In this document: positions 46,923-55,503 of the stretch, piece by piece
How the letters are laid out: each line of letters starts with the position of its first letter
Position numbering within the stretch: the first letter of the stretch is position 1
IMG/VR virus record: IMGVR_UViG_3300050343_000157
Coordinates: 1-61,161 of that record
Length of the DNA stretch: 61,161 nucleotides
From: a virus
Lineage: Duplodnaviria > Caudoviricetes
Direction: 5' to 3' (one strand)
Made by a program: the position numbers and the translations under genes
Notes under the pieces: model-generated
Databases searched by the model: none
What the model was told of the DNA's origin: nothing
The model's input: only the letters and a program-made list of their open reading frames with translations

Positions 46923-48474
46923 CTATTCGCTTATTATTAATTACACAATCTGCAGAGAAAATAGTATTAACAACACTAACTGCATTCTTCAGGGCTGTTT
47001 TAGTAACTAACACTGGATCTATAACACCTTCTTTAATCATATCAACAGTTTTACCATTGATTACATTTATTCCTTTACCCGACTTGCCAGACTCTTTATA
47101 TTCTAAGTTTGCATTCTCAAGTATTGTAGCGTAAGGTGATTTTATTGCTTCAAGAAGAATTGATTCGCCTTCGTCTGCAGGAATTATGCTATACGATGCA
47201 TCCAGTAAAGCTACCCCACCTCCTGGAACAATACCTTCTTGTAATGCTGCTTTAGTTGCATATATTGCATCTTCAACTCTATCTTTCTTTTCTTTTAACT
47301 CTACTTTTGAATTAGCACCTACTTTTACAATAGCTACATATCCATTTAACATCGCTAGTCTTTGTTGTAGTCTTTTCTTAAAGAATGGATTTTTTTCATC
47401 TTTAACTTTGCTTTCAACTAATTCTATTCTTTCGTTTAGTACAGGACCTTGATCTTTGATTGTTAATACAGTGTTTTTATCATCTGTAACGGCTTTAATT
47501 GCCTCACCTAATATATTAGGCTCAATCAAATCCAAATCGTCCCCTAACTCTTCGTTTATAACTTTAGCACCGGTAAGTATCGCAAGATCTTCAATTGTGT
47601 CTTGCCTAGTAGGTCCGAATCCAGGGAGATCAATTACATTGACTTTTATATTGCCTTTAACTTTATTTGCTAGCAATGCTGCTAATGGCTGCTGTTCTAC
47701 GGTCGCTACGATAAGCAAACTTCTTTTTTCTTTTATAACAAACTCTAGTACATTCTGAATCTTACGAATGTTTGGGATTGGAGAAGAAACTATCATTACG
47801 TACGGTTTTTCTAGTTCTGCTTTTCCTTTATCCTTGTCGGTTACAAAGTATGGCGATTTGAGTCCGCACTCTATCTGTGTGCCTTCAACAAATTCAACAT
47901 TTGTTTTTTCGGTCTCAGACTCTTCCATTAAGACGACGCCGTCTTTACCCACTTTAGAATAGGCTTGCGATATTATCTTGCCGAGTTCTTTATCGTTGTT
48001 ACAGCTAATACTACTTACATTTTCTAACATATCGCCTTCGACTTCAACCGCAGCTTCATCTAAGTAATGATTTACTTTTTGTAAACCATTTTCAATACCG
48101 TTTTTTATGCTTCTTATATTATTTGTAAAATCTTCTTTTTTTGTTGCTAAATTCAATAATGAATGAGCAAGGACGGTTGCCGTAGTGGTACCGTCACCTG
48201 CTTCTTTCACTGTGTTTTTAGCTGCTTCCTTTATTAAGGTTGCTCCCATATTTTCGACCGGGTCAATTAAGACTACGCTTTCCGCAACGGTTACTCCGTC
48301 TTTTGTTATTACCGGTCTTCCGAGAGCGTCCTCGTAAATTACACATTTACCAGAAGCACCAAGGGTTGATTTAACTGCTTGAGTTAATTTTTCAACACCT
48401 GTCATTATTTTTGTTCTAGCATCTGTTCCGAAGGACAGATCCTTTACTATCTCACTTGGGTTATTATATTCCAT
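46909..48474 (-). CDS. groEL: chaperonin GroEL
   Basis: ITKDGVTVA, AGDGTTTATVLA, EGIVPGGG, GVIDP. Confidence 0.97.
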   Translation of the reverse strand: MEYNNPSEIVKDLSFGTDARTKIMTGVEKLTQAVKSTLGASGKCVIYEDALGRPVITKDGVTVAESVVLIDPVENMGATLIKEAAKNTVKEAGDGTTTATVLAHSLLNLATKKEDFTNNIRSIKNGIENGLQKVNHYLDEAAVEVEGDMLENVSSISCNNDKELGKIISQAYSKVGKDGVVLMEESETEKTNVEFVEGTQIECGLKSPYFVTDKDKGKAELEKPYVMIVSSPIPNIRKIQNVLEFVIKEKRSLLIVATVEQQPLAALLANKVKGNIKVNVIDLPGFGPTRQDTIEDLAILTGAKVINEELGDDLDLIEPNILGEAIKAVTDDKNTVLTIKDQGPVLNERIELVESKVKDEKNPFFKKRLQQRLAMLNGYVAIVKVGANSKVELKEKKDRVEDAIYATKAALQEGIVPGGGVALLDASYSIIPADEGESILLEAIKSPYATILENANLEYKESGKSGKGINVINGKTVDMIKEGVIDPVLVTKTALKNAVSVVNTIFSADCVINNKRIDESN

Positions 48475-48500
48475 TTAATTAAATTTTTTAGTATAAGTGG

Positions 48501-48797
48501 TTATTTGAATGTTTTCACGACTTTAGGTCCTTTTAAAAATTCAAGCTTTTTAGAGTAATGACTAATGCTTCCATCAATCGCTGCCTCACAGCTTTCTAAA
48601 GTTTCACGCCTTGTGACATCGATCCATTTTTCTTCTTCACTTAGATCTTTGTATTCGGCTTGAAAAAATCCATTAGGTAGTTGAACAATTCGCCAGTTTT
48701 CTTTTTTAGCGATGTGCTCCCAAAGAGTTCTGGTTTCTTCGGATATTCCTTGAGTACTGTTGTTCCCCCAGGAATAGGTTTTGTAAAAATAAGTCAT
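48501..48797 (-). CDS. hypothetical protein (98 aa)
   Basis: NWRIVQLPNGFFQAE...WIDVTRRETL. Confidence 0.75.
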   Translation of the reverse strand: MTYFYKTYSWGNNSTQGISEETRTLWEHIAKKENWRIVQLPNGFFQAEYKDLSEEEKWIDVTRRETLESCEAAIDGSISHYSKKLEFLKGPKVVKTFK

Positions 48798-48819
48798 TGG
48801 TTTTGGTCTTATGATACTA

Positions 48820-48829
48820 TAATCACGTG
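48820..48829 (-). promoter_or_regulatory. putative late promoter core upstream of groEL operon
   Basis: CACGTGATTA in intergenic gap. Confidence 0.55.
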
Positions 48830-48842
48830 GTTGTTAGGTGTT

Positions 48843-51800
48843 TTAACCTTCTAATGTTGCGACTCTAGCTTCTAATTCTTGTATTGCTTTTATAAGCATT
48901 GGTACTAATACAGAATATTTTATAGATTTATAAGCAACTTCTCCTTCGGTGCCGCCTGGGCCTGGGTCTATTGTTTCCTCAACTAAACCAGGGAATATTT
49001 GTTCGACCTCTTGTGCTATTAATCCTATTTGCTTAAGTTCATTTCCTATAAAATTAAAGTTTTTAACCTTCAGTTGCTTAATATCTTCTAATTTAGGAGT
49101 AGCATCTGTAATATTTTCTTTTAATCTTTCATCAGAAGTACTACCGTAAGAATTATTAAAATTTCTTAAATTACCATTAAGATTGCAGAGGAGCATATTT
49201 GATATACTTGCCGCTCCATTTAAACCTAAACCATCGTCGGCTTGGAACACCAAATGGTACGCACCGCTTGTTAGCATACCAGCATCAGTATACCCAAGTA
49301 AACCAGTCGTTCCACTCGCAGCAGTACCGTAATCGTTTTTAATACCAATACCAGCACTAGACCTTCTTAAATTTATTCTACCACCAATTGATCCAGAATT
49401 AAATCCTACACCTAAGTCCTGTGCAAAATATCCGTTCTGCCCTTTGAAAGTACCTACAAGTGTAACCGCATTTAAATTTGAAGTTGCATGAGGATCCAAA
49501 TAGTATGTATCATCGTTTTTATCTATAAACTGAGTTCCTTTGATTGTACCGTTCGAAACTATATTACCAGCAAAAGTGGCGGCATTAAGATTGGATGTGC
49601 CTGCGGGGTCTAAATAGTACCCTGCATTATTTTTATCTATAAACTGAGTTCCTTTTATTGTTGAGTCTGAGGTTATGGTACCAGCGAATTCCGCAGCATT
49701 AAGATTAGAAGTACCTGCAGGATCCAAATAATATGCATCATCATTTTTATCTATGAATTTAGTTCCTTTGATTGTTGAGTCTGAAACTATAGCGCCAGCG
49801 AATTGTGCGGCATTAAGGTTAGATGTGCCCGCGGGGTTTAAATAATAAGTGGTGTCTGTATCATAATATATAGGGGCTATTATGTGGGTGCTTACATATA
49901 GCCTGCCGTTTGTGGTTAAAGACATGGCTCCAGCACTTTTGCTTTGACCACTATGACCCCACCAAAAACCTCTATCAGGCTCATTATTCATACAAAAAGT
50001 CATCGCAAAATCATCTAAGTCACCTAATGTAACTCCAGACGTCATACCTATACCGTATGTTGTCCCGCTACTACCCCATACAGAAAATTTCACATCTGCA
50101 TTAACCGAAGCGGTTTTAACATTATTTCCAGCAGCGTCTATATTTCCCGAAGCTGTTATATTTCCACTTGTTTGTAAACTGGCTGTTTCAACATGCCCCG
50201 TTTTAAACACTTTAAATAAGCTATTAGATGTATTTGATTCAATCGCAAAAGCTGGAGTGTCATTTGCTTGATCAGTTGGTACAGTAACAAACATCGCTTG
50301 CGTAGCTTCTCCATCGCTTGATCCTCTAACCCCTATAGCTCCAGTCTTTGTGTCTGTAGCGTTACCAGCAAAATCATCGAAAAAGAAAATTTTACTGCCA
50401 GAATTCCCTATTGATATACCGCCACCATTAAAATTAACAAGTTTTTTCTCATTGCCACCAGTATCAGGTCCAATAACCAAATCAATACCGTAATAACCAA
50501 TATCATTCTCTACAGTTGTATTTAATCTAAATATACCGTAATAATTAGTGTTATTCAACACTCTTATACTTGATAATCCGGATGAACCTGTATTTTTAAA
50601 ATCACAAGCTATGAATTGGCCTGTGTTTGATGACCCTTTTATTTCAGCTGTACCAGCGACATTAAGATTACCATTTATTTGTACTGTATTACCGGATACA
50701 TCAAACGGTGTCAAATTTGAGGTGCTGCCTCTTATTGCAAATCTATCTGCTTGAAATACCACTTCAGATATGGGCGATATCTCATTGTCTTCAGCAACAA
50801 TTTGCATACCCGTTACAACACCGTTTGCATTAGCTTGTAAACCGTATGAAGTTTTAACAAAACCATCTGCTCTTACAGCGATCGCTCGGGCTGCTGTTAT
50901 GTCACCCTCATTATCATCAACCCTGGCAGCTAAAGTATCTTGTGACGTGGTAGTTGCAAATCTAGCAGAAGCAGTCGCATCGATAACCTCATCAGCAAAA
51001 GCCTCACTAACAGAAACCCCTGTAAAAGTTCCATCAGCATTATCGTATCCTGTAAAAAAGTTTGCAGCTAAACTGTTTATTTTAGTAGCTGAAGCACTTT
51101 CAGCATCCGATTGTGCTGTATTTATAACTGAACTTAATGTATCTGCAACACCATCTATTGCACTACCATCAAAGTGAAACTGTGTTTGTAATTCTGTAAC
51201 ATCCGCTGCTGCTGCTAAACTAGCATTTGTTATAGCTGTTCCAGCATGCGTTGTTACCGCCGAGGATAAAGCGCCTTTTATACCATCAACAGCTCCTCCA
51301 GCACCACCAAAATTAAAAACCGCTTCTAATTTATCAAGATCTTGTGCTACAGCACCCGCTGCTGTTGTTGCCGCGGATTCTATAGATGTGTTTAACGCAC
51401 CGGCTACACCTGTTACTTGTGCTGGAGTGTTGCTATCAAAAGAAAATACCGCTTCTAATTCTTCTCTTTTTAATGCGTTAGCAGAAATTGTATCTGAATT
51501 TGTACTTATATCGCTGACTGCATTAGCTAAGCCCTGTACTGTAGCACCCATTCTTGGATCAACAGTTAATGTCCAAACATTTGGAGATCCGGCTACTAAT
51601 ACATAAGGTTTATTGTCGTCGTCAGTATCGTACCATATTGAGCTAACGGGCTCAGTTACCGCTGGAGGTGCGTTTTGTCTAAACACTTTTGGTGTTAAGC
51701 CTATAGAAGTTAAATTATTTGATATAGCTGTTGAATTATTAGAGATGCTAGTCGCATTATTGCCTATGCTAGTTGCATTACCGGAAATTAAAGTATTCAA

Positions 51801-52865
51801 CCCTAAATCCTGAGTAGGTGCCCAACTTTTTGTTCCAGCTGTTGTAATCATTACATACAGCTTGTTCCCGTCGTTGGTATCGTACCAAAGCGAATTTAAT
51901 GGATGTGTAGTCGCTGGCTCATCGTCTTGTCTGAATATAGCTGGTAAATTATCTTGCTCTGTTTTGTTAGCAGTTACAGTAGAAGATAAATTTAATATAG
52001 AGCTCGCATTGGCTTCGTGTGCTGTTGTGTTCGCTGATATTGTTTGGTTGGCATTACTTATAGCAGTTGTATTAACAGCAACTCTGCCGTCAAATGTTGG
52101 CGTCCACACGTTGGGGGTGCCGTCTACTAATATGTATATTTTATTACTATCGTTTGTATCGAACCATATTGATCCCACCGGCTCAGTTACAGATGGTGGA
52201 TTGTCTTGTCTAAATGTTAAAGGTTTCAATTCCACTACAGCAGTCAGGTTGGTTGTAGCCGTTGAATTGGATTCTATAGCGGTAGAGTTAGTTGTTATGC
52301 TTTGATTAGCTGCTGCTATCGATGTACTTAAACCGCCGATGCTTACACCTTGTGCTGTAACTGTGGTATCCAAAGATGTAAGAGATTCTGATGTTGCAAA
52401 CTTATTTGACGATGTCGTTGTTATAACATTATTGGCGAACGCTTCTGACACGCTAACTAACGATCCACTGCCATCAAATGTACCAAAGTTACTTTGTAAT
52501 GCTGTTACATATGACGACTCAGCAAATCTAGCGTTACTTGTAGTTGTTATAATATCATTTGCAAACGACTGGGATAATGTGATCAGATTACCTAAATCAT
52601 CGAATGTACCAAATGTGGTGGCTAACTTAACACCGTATGCCGATGTTGCTGCTATATCTGTTGTGTTAGTTTCTAATTGCTGTGCTATGGTAGACAGGTT
52701 GAAAGCGGTACCGTCGAATGTTACAAAGTTACCGAAGTACTCTGCTAAGTCTACTAACTTGAAGTTTTTTGTAGTATAATTGCCTGGGGTAATAAAATTA
52801 GACCCCGTTAACAGATCTTGATCTTGTATAGAGGAGTCGTTACCGTATGTTGATATTCTAGCCAT
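48843..52865 (-). CDS. long tail fibre/spike with coiled coils, internal repeats and S74 chaperone
   Basis: Three FRQ...WxDTxDxNK modules; VVFQADRFAI; SDERLKENI...GLIAQEV. Confidence 0.85.
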   Translation of the reverse strand: MARISTYGNDSSIQDQDLLTGSNFITPGNYTTKNFKLVDLAEYFGNFVTFDGTAFNLSTIAQQLETNTTDIAATSAYGVKLATTFGTFDDLGNLITLSQSFANDIITTTSNARFAESSYVTALQSNFGTFDGSGSLVSVSEAFANNVITTTSSNKFATSESLTSLDTTVTAQGVSIGGLSTSIAAANQSITTNSTAIESNSTATTNLTAVVELKPLTFRQDNPPSVTEPVGSIWFDTNDSNKIYILVDGTPNVWTPTFDGRVAVNTTAISNANQTISANTTAHEANASSILNLSSTVTANKTEQDNLPAIFRQDDEPATTHPLNSLWYDTNDGNKLYVMITTAGTKSWAPTQDLGLNTLISGNATSIGNNATSISNNSTAISNNLTSIGLTPKVFRQNAPPAVTEPVSSIWYDTDDDNKPYVLVAGSPNVWTLTVDPRMGATVQGLANAVSDISTNSDTISANALKREELEAVFSFDSNTPAQVTGVAGALNTSIESAATTAAGAVAQDLDKLEAVFNFGGAGGAVDGIKGALSSAVTTHAGTAITNASLAAAADVTELQTQFHFDGSAIDGVADTLSSVINTAQSDAESASATKINSLAANFFTGYDNADGTFTGVSVSEAFADEVIDATASARFATTTSQDTLAARVDDNEGDITAARAIAVRADGFVKTSYGLQANANGVVTGMQIVAEDNEISPISEVVFQADRFAIRGSTSNLTPFDVSGNTVQINGNLNVAGTAEIKGSSNTGQFIACDFKNTGSSGLSSIRVLNNTNYYGIFRLNTTVENDIGYYGIDLVIGPDTGGNEKKLVNFNGGGISIGNSGSKIFFFDDFAGNATDTKTGAIGVRGSSDGEATQAMFVTVPTDQANDTPAFAIESNTSNSLFKVFKTGHVETASLQTSGNITASGNIDAAGNNVKTASVNADVKFSVWGSSGTTYGIGMTSGVTLGDLDDFAMTFCMNNEPDRGFWWGHSGQSKSAGAMSLTTNGRLYVSTHIIAPIYYDTDTTYYLNPAGTSNLNAAQFAGAIVSDSTIKGTKFIDKNDDAYYLDPAGTSNLNAAEFAGTITSDSTIKGTQFIDKNNAGYYLDPAGTSNLNAATFAGNIVSNGTIKGTQFIDKNDDTYYLDPHATSNLNAVTLVGTFKGQNGYFAQDLGVGFNSGSIGGRINLRRSSAGIGIKNDYGTAASGTTGLLGYTDAGMLTSGAYHLVFQADDGLGLNGAASISNMLLCNLNGNLRNFNNSYGSTSDERLKENITDATPKLEDIKQLKVKNFNFIGNELKQIGLIAQEVEQIFPGLVEETIDPGPGGTEGEVAYKSIKYSVLVPMLIKAIQELEARVATLEG
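49465..49850 (-). repeat. about 3.3 tandem 114-bp (38-aa) repeats within fibre gene
   Basis: YYL(N/D)PAGTSNLNAAxFAGxIxSxxTIKGTxFIDKNxxx. Confidence 0.9.
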
Positions 52866-52875
52866 AGTTTATTGT

Positions 52876-53106
52876 TTAGTACCCGTATCTCTTTTGGGTC
52901 TTTTCGTTTTTAGTACCGCCTTTGCCACCGGCTCTGTTCTGTGATGCTTTTATACATTTACCTAATCTGTGATCGAAATCGTATCCTTTCTTACACTTCT
53001 TAGCTTGTGCTGTTCTTTTCTTATATTTACCCCACTCGCTCATTGCATACTTCTTGTCTCGCTTTGCTTTTGCTAATCGGGCTTTCATTGATAGTTTTTG
53101 TGCCAT
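52876..53106 (-). CDS. small basic protein with degenerate HNH-like tail
   Basis: K/R-rich; DFDH...SQNR. Confidence 0.65.
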   Translation of the reverse strand: MAQKLSMKARLAKAKRDKKYAMSEWGKYKKRTAQAKKCKKGYDFDHRLGKCIKASQNRAGGKGGTKNEKTQKRYGY

Positions 53107-53113
53107 ACTCTTA

Positions 53114-53123
53114 TTATTACTTA
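53114..53123 (-). promoter_or_regulatory. putative late promoter core at start of late block
   Basis: TAAGTAATAA, 7 nt upstream of ATG 53106. Confidence 0.5.
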
Positions 53124-53143
53124 TTATACCTAATTGTTAATCA

Positions 53144-53188
53144 GTGACGTTAGGTAGCTACTTATATACCTTTACAGGCTAATGTCGT
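53144..53188. promoter_or_regulatory. spaced inverted repeat, copy 1
   Basis: GTGACGTTAG-N25-CTAATGTCGT. Confidence 0.65.
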
Positions 53189-53304
53189 ATAGGGAAGTAA
53201 TGGGTTACATTACCGTATTTCCTTTGTACACCCTATAATAAAACCCATATCATTTACCCCACCCCCCCTCCATTTACAACATTTCTCTATAAGTTTTTGC
53301 CTTT

Positions 53305-53339
53305 TACAATGTAAACACGATGTTAACTGGATAATATAA
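53305..53339 (+). promoter_or_regulatory. early promoter motif copy 1
   Basis: TACAATGTAAACACGA-N8-GGATAATATAA. Confidence 0.8.
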
Positions 53340-53378
53340 CTGTAAGTAAGTAACTAATAATAATTAAATAAATATACT

Positions 53379-53696
53379 ATGACTAAATTAAATGAGAACA
53401 TCGCAACATTATCACAAGAACAACTAACTGAGGTTTTCCCTCCGATCCACCGCAACAACTTTGTAGTAAGAAAGAGTTGGTTAGGTAGAAATCAAATCAT
53501 TACTTTCATTAATAACAAACATGAACAAATCACCTACAATCACGACGAGGTATTAAAAGTAATGTTACCTAAACTAAACATTCTACCTTGCTGGATTAAA
53601 CGAGGTTACTGGTCTCAATCAACTGACATGCCAAGTAATGTTCGAAATGTAGTAATCGAGAGAGTTAAACTAATCGAAAACAGTGACAATAGCTAA
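53379..53696 (+). CDS. first early protein (105 aa), unknown function
   Basis: ORF after promoter motif 1. Confidence 0.8.
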   Translation: MTKLNENIATLSQEQLTEVFPPIHRNNFVVRKSWLGRNQIITFINNKHEQITYNHDEVLKVMLPKLNILPCWIKRGYWSQSTDMPSNVRNVVIERVKLIENSDNS

Positions 53697-53728
53697 CTAC
53701 TATTAAATCATTATGTACCTAATGTCAC
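53683..53728. promoter_or_regulatory. spaced inverted repeat, copy 2
   Basis: GTGACAATAG-N26-CTAATGTCAC. Confidence 0.65.
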
Positions 53729-53844
53729 ACTTTTACAGGTACACAGGTGAAGGGTTACATCTGTAAACAAATTAACAACTGTAAACAAACTACCTACTTT
53801 AAGTTCCACTTGTTTCTATAAGTATAAAAATGTGAATGAGTAAA

Positions 53845-53885
53845 TGACACAACGGTTTAAGTGAGTTCGATTCTCACCGTGTCAA
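53845..53885 (+). ncRNA. mini tRNA-like element with acceptor stem and T-arm only
   Basis: TGACAC...GTGTCA-A stem with GTGAG-TTCGATT-CTCAC T-arm; 10-nt linker replaces D and anticodon arms. Confidence 0.55.
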
Positions 53886-53928
53886 CTAAGATAACAAAGT
53901 GTTGTCAATAACTTTTAAATATAATAAT

Positions 53929-54048
53929 ATGTATAATCACTCAGCTTTAATTAGAATCTCTAATAAACTTTACCCTAACAAAAATGTCTTCAACTTAACT
54001 AAAGAAGAACAAAGAAAGGTATTAGCAATCTATAATGAATTTCATTAA
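53929..54048 (+). CDS. small early protein (39 aa)
   Basis: MYNHSALIRISNKLYPNKNVFNLTKEEQRKVLAIYNEFH*. Confidence 0.55.
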   Translation: MYNHSALIRISNKLYPNKNVFNLTKEEQRKVLAIYNEFH

Positions 54049-54061
54049 TTGCTATACAACT

Positions 54062-54096
54062 TACAAAGTAAATACGAAGTTAAATGGATAATATAA
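54062..54096 (+). promoter_or_regulatory. early promoter motif copy 2
   Basis: TACAAAGTAAATACGA-N8-GGATAATATAA. Confidence 0.8.
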
Positions 54097-54117
54097 GTGT
54101 AACAAATAATAAATAAT

Positions 54118-54249
54118 ATGATATATAAAGATAATTACGGAAACGATCTTACTTGGGCAATAGGTATGCAAATGGAAGATAAACTAACTAGAGAAGATGT
54201 ACTAGGTATAATCGAGACTCACAAACTAAATACGACAACTAACGGATAA
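54118..54249 (+). CDS. small early protein (43 aa)
   Basis: MIYKDNYGNDLTW...HKLNTTTNG*. Confidence 0.55.
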   Translation: MIYKDNYGNDLTWAIGMQMEDKLTREDVLGIIETHKLNTTTNG

Positions 54250-54254
54250 TATAA
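54220..54254 (+). promoter_or_regulatory. early promoter motif copy 3
   Basis: CACAAACTAAATACGA-N8-GGATAATATAA. Confidence 0.8.
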
Positions 54255-54260
54255 TTGAAT

Positions 54261-54395
54261 ATGATACTAGATAAAACCTTACGCGAACTACTTAACGAAC
54301 TGCACTTCCATGCTAAAATGTTAAGAGACGAAACAATTGATCACCATGACTTCAGTAATGCAGTCGAAGAAATACTTGAACACTATGACAAATAA
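54261..54395 (+). CDS. small early protein (44 aa)
   Basis: MILDKTLRELLNELHFHAKML...EHYDK*. Confidence 0.55.
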   Translation: MILDKTLRELLNELHFHAKMLRDETIDHHDFSNAVEEILEHYDK

Positions 54396-54642
54396 AACCT
54401 ACTATGTATGTAAGACGATGAAAGAACTCCTCGCATTCACCAAAGCAAAAAGAAAACAACGAGCTCATTCTCACTATGAGATGGCCAAAGTACACGGACC
54501 TTGCAGTGGTATGGGTAACAAAAGATACCGAGTTGAACAAAAAAGCAACTACAGTAAACGTAAGAAACCTAGTTATACTACAATATGGAACTATAACAAC
54601 TCAGGTGTGACTTACAAACTAGACACGAACAAAAACGGATAA
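54385..54642 (+). CDS. small basic early protein
   Basis: ATG 54385 preferred to TTG 54337. Confidence 0.6.
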   Translation: MTNKTYYVCKTMKELLAFTKAKRKQRAHSHYEMAKVHGPCSGMGNKRYRVEQKSNYSKRKKPSYTTIWNYNNSGVTYKLDTNKNG

Positions 54643-54647
54643 TATAA
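54613..54647 (+). promoter_or_regulatory. early promoter motif copy 4
   Basis: TACAAACTAGACACGA-N8-GGATAATATAA. Confidence 0.8.
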
Positions 54648-54653
54648 TTGAAT

Positions 54654-54872
54654 ATGAATAAATTTAAAGACTACAAACCTGAATTGATACAAGACAAACT
54701 ACAGCAATGTCTTGACTATGAAGCTAAATACGGTACAATACCACAAGTAACTGCAACGAAAAAATGGTGTCAAAGCTATGAATACAGAAAAAACGAGTGG
54801 CAATTCAGACAAAATGTAGCAAAATCAATTAATTATAATACTAACTACTTAAAACCTTATTACAATGAATAA
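54654..54872 (+). CDS. small early protein
   Basis: ATG 6 nt after motif 4. Confidence 0.65.
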   Translation: MNKFKDYKPELIQDKLQQCLDYEAKYGTIPQVTATKKWCQSYEYRKNEWQFRQNVAKSINYNTNYLKPYYNE

Positions 54873-54978
54873 TACAGAAGAATTAGAACGGTTGTTCGAA
54901 GAAAAGTTCGGTGAAGGATCACTAGAGTTTGCAATAGAGCAAGGTTTCGACAAAGATGAATTACTAAATAATATATAA
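54865..54978 (+). CDS. small acidic early protein (37 aa)
   Basis: MNNTEELERLFEEKFGEGSLEFAIEQGFDKDELLNNI*. Confidence 0.55.
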   Translation: MNNTEELERLFEEKFGEGSLEFAIEQGFDKDELLNNI

Positions 54979-54979
54979 C

Positions 54980-55171
54980 ATGAGTAAAATGAAAGAATTA
55001 GACGATATTGCACAAGGTATTGCAGACGTCACTAAAGAATTAATGTATGATAGTGTTGATTGGCAACTATCAGAGTATGAAGCGGAGGGCGATAACTACA
55101 ATGCTATACATTCGCACGTCATGAACCTAGCAATAAGAAAACTATATGAACAAACGAAAGAGAAAGTTTAG
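54980..55171 (+). CDS. small early protein (63 aa)
   Basis: ORF in packed operon. Confidence 0.65.
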   Translation: MSKMKELDDIAQGIADVTKELMYDSVDWQLSEYEAEGDNYNAIHSHVMNLAIRKLYEQTKEKV

Positions 55172-55274
55172 CCACCACAAATTACTGCAAGCACAAATAA
55201 TTGCAGCGGAACAACAGTATTGGGAACGATACAACTCAGGTATTCCACAATGGATACAAACTAAATACGATTAG
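55146..55274 (+). CDS. small early protein (42 aa)
   Basis: MNKRKRKFSHHKLLQAQ...QTKYD*. Confidence 0.5.
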   Translation: MNKRKRKFSHHKLLQAQIIAAEQQYWERYNSGIPQWIQTKYD

Positions 55275-55289
55275 TATTGGATAATATAA
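55255..55289 (+). promoter_or_regulatory. early promoter motif copy 5
   Basis: TACAAACTAAATACGA-N8-GGATAATATAA. Confidence 0.8.
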
Positions 55290-55314
55290 ATGTAACAAAT
55301 AAAAAAATTAATAT

Positions 55315-55503
55315 ATGTATTGTAAATGCGGCGACAAAGTACACGAAGTACGAATCAAATTAGGATATAGAACTTGTATGCCTTGTTCAACAACCCAAAC
55401 CTATTCTTATGTACCTATAATAGCACATAAAACAGGTAACACAATACAGATAGTGAGTCAAGAAGTGAGCGATTCAGTTCACAGGGCTTGGCGAAGAAAG
55501 TAG
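55315..55503 (+). CDS. DksA/TraR-like C4 zinc-finger protein
   Basis: CKCGDKVHEVRIKLGYRTCMPC resembles CxxCGxxIxxxRLxxxxxxxxCxxC. Confidence 0.6.
   Translation: MYCKCGDKVHEVRIKLGYRTCMPCSTTQTYSYVPIIAHKTGNTIQIVSQEVSDSVHRAWRRK

Noticed and set aside
46909-48474. Host chromosomal contamination (groEL, thyA, nrd)
   Set aside because: Genes are divergent, overlap-coupled to phage genes and share genome composition
34933-52865. Diversity-generating retroelement or invertible cassette acting on fibres
   Set aside because: No reverse transcriptase or recombinase gene seen; shared fibre segments are in-frame with synonymous-type differences rather than adenine-specific ones
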